From contig CBFHOE010000004.1 of the NCBI GenBank assembly GCA_965657355.1, positions 234,860 through 246,005 on the forward strand: a stretch of DNA of 11,146 nt, written 5' to 3'. Of the stretch, positions 6,969 to 11,146 are shown one piece after another. How positions within the stretch are numbered: the first letter of the stretch is position 1; every line of letters begins with the position of its first letter. A program made the translations under genes and the position numbers. This stretch comes from Limisphaerales bacterium (GTDB taxonomy: Bacteria; Verrucomicrobiota; Verrucomicrobiia; Limisphaerales; JAJOIW01). The notes beneath the pieces are model-generated. The model saw nothing but the letters and a program-made list of their open reading frames with translations. It was not told the DNA's origin and did no database searches.

Positions 6969-7370
6969 TTAAATGGGCGATTGCGAGACCCAATCCTCTA
7001 TTTCAGGGTCCAGATAAACGTTTTCAAGTGATTCGCTAGCCCATTGTTGCTCTTTTCCTATGTCGCTTAATATGCGTATAGACATGACTTGGACTGCAGG
7101 TATCTCCGACCAAACAGTTTCCTTTAAAATACGCCATCGATCTAAATTAATTTTATTCGGTTTTGATATCCAATTCAGACAACCGTCACAAATAAAGATA
7201 GCTTTGTTCAAGTCTGGGTCTTGAGGCAGTGGGGCTAACTCATAGATTCTCAGCGATACGCCTCCCATCTGGCAGAGTTCACATTTGGATTTCGCTCGCC
7301 GGGCCAAGTCTTTTCCGATCTGGTTGAGCTTTGCCTGTCTTTCTTGGTATTTTTCAAGTCCTTTTGACAT
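6969..7370 (-). CDS. PhnA-like zinc-ribbon protein (N-terminal-domain-only form)
   Basis: LARRAKSKCELC ... ICDGC ... RWRILKETVWSEIPAVQVMSIRIL ... WASESLE matches the N-terminal region of long 'PhnA domain' proteins as I recall it. It has two CxxC pairs and no C-terminal PhnA domain. Confidence 0.78.
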   Translation of the reverse strand: MSKGLEKYQERQAKLNQIGKDLARRAKSKCELCQMGGVSLRIYELAPLPQDPDLNKAIFICDGCLNWISKPNKINLDRWRILKETVWSEIPAVQVMSIRILSDIGKEQQWASESLENVYLDPEIEDWVSQSPI

Positions 7371-7376
7371 GATATT

Positions 7377-8996
7377 TCAGGCTTTTTTTTGGAGTATTGT
7401 ATTCGATTGGGCTAGGCTTAGCACTGGCTCGGGATGATCCACGTTGTAGTGAAGTCCTCTGCTTTCATCTCTCTGCATGGCGCTTTCGATAATGAGGTGA
7501 GCCACAGTGGAAAGGTTTCTTAATTCAACAAGGTCAGAATTTATTTCAAAGTCCCAGTAATATTCATCGATTTCTTCAAGAAGATTAAGAATACGTTTTC
7601 TCGCTCTCTTGAGTCTTTTATTGGTCCTGACGATACCGACGTAATCCCACATGGTTCTCCTTATTTCATCCCAATTGTGGGTAATGACAACATGTTCATC
7701 TGGGTGAACAGCTCTTCCTGTCTCCCACTCTGGAATCGCAGCGGGTTTTTGTGGAAGTACTTGTTGTAAAATAGTATCCGAAGCTCTATGGGCGCAAACT
7801 AATGCCTCTAGTAATGAATTACTGGCCAGCCGGTTTGCTCCGTGTAAACCTGTGCATGTGACTTCACCGACTGCATAAAGTCCTTTTATATTTGTCTCTC
7901 CGTTGACTGTCGTCATAATTCCACCGCATTGATAATGTGCCGCCGGGACCACTGGTATGCATTCCTTGGTGATATCCAATCCATATTTGAGACATGTTTG
8001 ATAGATATTCGGGAACCTGTTCATGACGAATTTGGCTGGCTTGTGAGTGATATCGAGATAAACGTAGCTTGAACCAGATTTTTTCATTTCATTATCAATG
8101 GCTCTCGCGACAACATCTCTGGGGGCAAGTGATTTTAATGGGTGGTAGTTCTCCATGAACTCAGTTCCATCAGGAAGCTTTAATATCCCCCCTTCGCCTC
8201 GAACCGCTTCTGTAATTAGAAAAGACTTTGCCTGAGGTTGATAGAGGCAAGTGGGGTGGAACTGCATAAACTCCATATTGGCAATTTTACAGCCTGCCCG
8301 CCACGCCATGGCGACTCCATCTCCACTAGCTATATCTGGGTTTGTAGTATAGAGATAAACTTTACCACAGCCACCAGTAGCGATAAGAATTACCTTTCCT
8401 GAGAATGACAAAACTTTGTTTCTAATTTGCTCATAGACATAAACACCATGCACTCGGTTTTCCTCATCGAGGCCAAGTTTAGTTGATGTTATTATGTCAA
8501 TGGCGTAATGGTCTTCAAAGACGGAGATGTTTGGTTGTTCTGAAATAGCTTCCAGAAGGGCTTTTTCGATTTGTTTACCAGTGACGTCTTTGGCGTGGAG
8601 GATTCTCCTTTTCGTGTGCCCACCTTCTTTGCCCAAATCATATTCAGTGGTGTCTGGTTTATCTGGTGGTGTTCTTTCTGAGAACTGCATTCCAAGTTCG
8701 ATCAATTCCTGGATTCTATCCGGGCCCTCTTGAATAATAGTTCGAACGGTAGGTTCGTGACACAGACCAGCCCCAGCTTTCAATGTATCTTGAACATGAA
8801 GATCGAAACTGTCCTCCTCTGAAGTGACCGAAGCAATTCCTCCCTGGGCATAATTAGTGTTTGACTCAGCCTTATTTTTTTTTGTGATCACAGCTACTGA
8901 GCCGGATTTTGCCACTTTTAAGGCGAACGATAGTCCAGCGATTCCACTTCCCAATACGAGGAAATCAAAAGATCTGGCAGCTTCTTCGTTATTCAT
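7377..8996 (-). CDS. nadB: L-aspartate oxidase (de novo NAD biosynthesis)
   Basis: FAD-binding VLGSGIAGL, SNTNYAQGGIA, EGGHTKRRILH, MEFMQFHPT, LITEAVRGEG, LAPRDVVARAI, PAAHYQCGG, GLHGANRLASNSLLE and ESRGLHY. ATG at 8996 is preferred over TTG at 9020. Confidence 0.97.
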   Translation of the reverse strand: MNNEEAARSFDFLVLGSGIAGLSFALKVAKSGSVAVITKKNKAESNTNYAQGGIASVTSEEDSFDLHVQDTLKAGAGLCHEPTVRTIIQEGPDRIQELIELGMQFSERTPPDKPDTTEYDLGKEGGHTKRRILHAKDVTGKQIEKALLEAISEQPNISVFEDHYAIDIITSTKLGLDEENRVHGVYVYEQIRNKVLSFSGKVILIATGGCGKVYLYTTNPDIASGDGVAMAWRAGCKIANMEFMQFHPTCLYQPQAKSFLITEAVRGEGGILKLPDGTEFMENYHPLKSLAPRDVVARAIDNEMKKSGSSYVYLDITHKPAKFVMNRFPNIYQTCLKYGLDITKECIPVVPAAHYQCGGIMTTVNGETNIKGLYAVGEVTCTGLHGANRLASNSLLEALVCAHRASDTILQQVLPQKPAAIPEWETGRAVHPDEHVVITHNWDEIRRTMWDYVGIVRTNKRLKRARKRILNLLEEIDEYYWDFEINSDLVELRNLSTVAHLIIESAMQRDESRGLHYNVDHPEPVLSLAQSNTILQKKA

Positions 8997-9049
8997 TATT
9001 TTTTGATAATAGAGTCGCAATTACAGGCAACTGTCAATTCGTATCCACA

Positions 9050-9095
9050 ATGGGTAAATGCCTTATTAATTCTCAAATTTGGTTCATTTACCCAT
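9050..9095. repeat. Perfect 11-bp inverted repeat with 24-nt spacer
   Basis: ATGGGTAAATG (9050-9060) and CATTTACCCAT (9085-9095) are exact reverse complements. Confidence 0.8.
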
Positions 9096-9216
9096 AAATT
9101 CGATCAAAAGTGCCTTGCTTATTGAGGAAAGGTTTAGTGAAAATTTTCTGATAATTGGCATAATTTTATAAAAAACTTCTTTATATGTCCTGAAATTAGT
9201 CGATCAAACCAATAGT

Positions 9217-9238
9217 AAGACAGCAAGCTGTCTTGACA
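9217..9238 (+). promoter_or_regulatory. Palindromic candidate operator overlapping a consensus -35 hexamer
   Basis: AAGACAGC-AA-GCTGTCTT (9217-9234, 8-2-8 dyad) overlaps TTGACA (9233-9238). The downstream -10 match is weak (AATGAT, 16-nt spacer). Confidence 0.55.
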
Positions 9239-9331
9239 AATGATTTACTAGCTCAATGATTCTGTGCGAGATAACTTAATATTTTTCAGTGGGTTATGTT
9301 GTGTGAATGTTAAGCTGAGAAATCAAAAATT

Positions 9332-11146
9332 ATGAAAATATTGGGGATATCAGGTTTCTATCATGACGCAGCGGCTGCCTTGGTTGACGAAAGCGGCATT
9401 GTGGCTGCTGCTCAGGAGGAAAGATTCACCAGAATTAAACACGATCCCGATTTTCCGAAAAATGCAGTCAATTTTTGCTTGGATCGAGCCGGGATTGAGG
9501 TTTCTGATCTCGATTTCGTCGTATTTTATGAAAAACCCATATTAAAGTTTGATCGCTTGCTGGAGACCTATTTGCGATTTGCCCCATCAGGATTTAATAG
9601 TTTCTGCAAAGCGATGCCTTTATGGCTCAAGGATAAGCTTTTTCACAAACGTCTCCTTAAGGACGGATTAGGAGGCGTTCCCAAGAATCCTTTTGTTTTT
9701 ATACGGCATCACGAATCACATGCCGCTAGCGCGTTTTACCCATCGCCGTTCAAAGATGCGGCCATTCTCACAATGGACGGAGTTGGAGAATGGGCGACTG
9801 CATCGCTTGCCCTCGGCAAAGACAACAAAGTGAAGCTTCTTAAAGAAATGCATTTTCCACACTCTGTCGGGTTGCTTTATTCAGCTTTCACATACTACTG
9901 CGGATTTAAAGTTAATTCCGGCGAATATAAATTGATGGGACTCGCACCATATGGGGATCCAAAATATGTCGAAACTATAAAAGACAATCTCGTCACTATC
10001 TTTGATGACGGCTCCATCCATCTCAATATGGATTATTTTAATTACTGTGTTGGCTTGACGATGACCAACCAGAAATTTGAACGCCTTTTTGGAGCTCCCG
10101 CACGCAAGGGAGAATCACAAATAGGGCAACGAGAAATGGATCTCGCTGCTTCTATCCAGGTCGTCACTGAAGAGGTCATGATTAAAATGGCCCGTCATGC
10201 CAAGGAGGTCACTGGAAGTCACAATCTTTGTCTTGCTGGTGGAGTAGCGCTTAATTGCGTGGGTAATGGGAAAATCTTAAAGGAAAATATATTCGAAAAT
10301 ATATGGATTCAGCCAGCTTCTGGAGATGCCGGAGGGGCGCTAGGCGCAGCTCAATTTTGTCGCTTTCATCTGAATGATAAGCCGCGGGAAGCGAGTGGTT
10401 ATGATTCGCAGAAAGCCAGTCTTTTAGGCCCTCATTACAAGGATGATGAAATCAAATCATTTCTTGATTCAGAAGATGCCATCTACCAGCACTTCGAGAA
10501 TGAATCCGAGCTTTTGGAATCTGTTGCTCGACATATGAGTCATGGCAAAGTAGTTGGGTGGTTTCAGGGAAAGATGGAATTTGGGCCTCGAGCCCTCGGT
10601 GCCAGAAGTATAATTGGAGATGCTAGGAATCCAGAAATGCAGTCAGTGATGAACAGGAAGATAAAATTTAGGGAATCTTTCCGTCCTTTTGCCCCCTGTG
10701 TTTTAAATGAGGATGTCTCCACATATTTTGATCTCGATCAAGAGTCCCCATATATGCTTATTGTTGCGCCTGTTGCCGAAGAGCAGCGGACCCGTTTAAC
10801 CGAAGAGCAAAAGAGGCAGCAGGAATCTAAAGATCTAAGGGAGCGAGTTAACGTAAAACGATCGGCTATTCCGGCAATCACTCATGTGGATTATTCTGCT
10901 AGGGTTCAAACAGTGGATGAAAAAAGACACGGTCGATATTACAGACTCATCAAAGAATTTAAGAATCAAACTGGATGTGGGGTTATCATTAATACCAGTT
11001 TCAATATTCGCGGGGAACCCATAGTTTGCCGCCCCTCTGAAGCTTACAGGTGCTTTATGAATACTTACATGGACGTCCTTGTCCTAGAGAATGTAGTCCT
11101 TGTTAAATCAGATCAGAAAAATTTGGATGAATCCTACCAAGAAAGA
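9332..11146 (+). CDS. O-carbamoyltransferase, NodU/CmcH family; 3' end lies outside the window (605 codons visible)
   Basis: Absent from the ORF track because there is no stop codon inside the window. My translation reads MKILGISGFYHDAAAALV...AAAQEERFTRIKHD, HHESHAASAFYPSPF, TMDGVGEW, NSGEYKLMGLAPYG, LCLAGGVALNCVGNG, QPASGDAGGALG, MEFGPRALGARSI, KIKFRESFRPFAP, AITHVDYSARVQTV and INTSFNIRGEPIV. Spot checks at 9911, 10229, 10574, 10991 and 11102 are all in one frame. Confidence 0.96.
   Translation, partial: MKILGISGFYHDAAAALVDESGIVAAAQEERFTRIKHDPDFPKNAVNFCLDRAGIEVSDLDFVVFYEKPILKFDRLLETYLRFAPSGFNSFCKAMPLWLKDKLFHKRLLKDGLGGVPKNPFVFIRHHESHAASAFYPSPFKDAAILTMDGVGEWATASLALGKDNKVKLLKEMHFPHSVGLLYSAFTYYCGFKVNSGEYKLMGLAPYGDPKYVETIKDNLVTIFDDGSIHLNMDYFNYCVGLTMTNQKFERLFGAPARKGESQIGQREMDLAASIQVVTEEVMIKMARHAKEVTGSHNLCLAGGVALNCVGNGKILKENIFENIWIQPASGDAGGALGAAQFCRFHLNDKPREASGYDSQKASLLGPHYKDDEIKSFLDSEDAIYQHFENESELLESVARHMSHGKVVGWFQGKMEFGPRALGARSIIGDARNPEMQSVMNRKIKFRESFRPFAPCVLNEDVSTYFDLDQESPYMLIVAPVAEEQRTRLTEEQKRQQESKDLRERVNVKRSAIPAITHVDYSARVQTVDEKRHGRYYRLIKEFKNQTGCGVIINTSFNIRGEPIVCRPSEAYRCFMNTYMDVLVLENVVLVKSDQKNLDESYQER

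Noticed and set aside
1792..8883. Other long homopolymers (A8 at 1792-1799 in the amidohydrolase; T9 at 8875-8883 in nadB)
   Set aside because: Both are in frame in intact genes. They show such tracts are tolerated here, which weakens a programmed-slippage reading of the NUDIX tract.
9041..9049. GTATCCACA, one mismatch from a DnaA box
   Set aside because: It is a single imperfect box with no cluster or origin-associated genes, so it is not evidence for oriC.
3885..9167. Direct repeat GGCATAATTTT at 3885-3895 and 9157-9167, and GTAAGACAGC shared by the tRNA (3963-3972) and 9215-9224, as possible att sites
   Set aside because: Matches of 10-11 nt are expected by chance at this scale. There is no integrase, and the enclosed DNA includes housekeeping nadB.
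61..9545. Short alternative-frame or antisense ORFs in the track (61-351, 953-1141, 1846-2088, 2069-2251, 2802-3107, 4087-4275, 4498-4707, 4993-5268, 5034-5312, 5477-5683, 5704-5886, 6095-6304, 8492-8695, 8527-8733, 8909-9097, 9363-9545)
   Set aside because: They lie within or overlap well-supported genes or control regions and have no recognisable motifs, so they are shadow ORFs.
9332..11146. Saxitoxin, nodulation or antibiotic biosynthesis inferred from the carbamoyltransferase
   Set aside because: The family is widespread, and no sxtA/G, nodABC, PKS or NRPS gene is visible.
1..11146. CRISPR array, IS element, prophage or defence system
   Set aside because: I saw no regularly spaced repeats and no transposase, integrase, phage or nuclease genes on either strand.

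Overview
An 11.1-kb, roughly 40% GC bacterial chromosomal window of mostly housekeeping and lineage-typical genes. The gene content (tandem DUF1080 protein, prepilin-type H-X9-DG protein, a secreted protein ending in a Y..S.DL..W/RWYKV domain, weak Shine-Dalgarno usage) suggests Verrucomicrobiota or another PVC organism; this is inference. On the + strand: the 3' end of clpB, an HPF/RaiA gene, a metal-dependent amidohydrolase, and a signal-peptide tandem DUF1080 protein with a terminator. These are followed by about 375 bp of unexplained spacer, tRNA-Val(TAC) on the - strand, then a secreted hypothetical protein and a prepilin-type H-X9-DG protein on +. A - strand cluster carries nadB, a short PhnA-like zinc-ribbon gene and a zinc-ribbon NUDIX hydrolase. 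A divergent NodU/CmcH-family carbamoyltransferase, missing from the ORF track, runs off the right edge. The most notable observations are the NUDIX gene split by a one-base frameshift at an A8 tract, two perfect inverted repeats in the nadB/carbamoyltransferase control region, a probably leaderless DUF1080 gene, and the secreted protein/prepilin pair. I found no CRISPR array, transposase, integrase or defence system.
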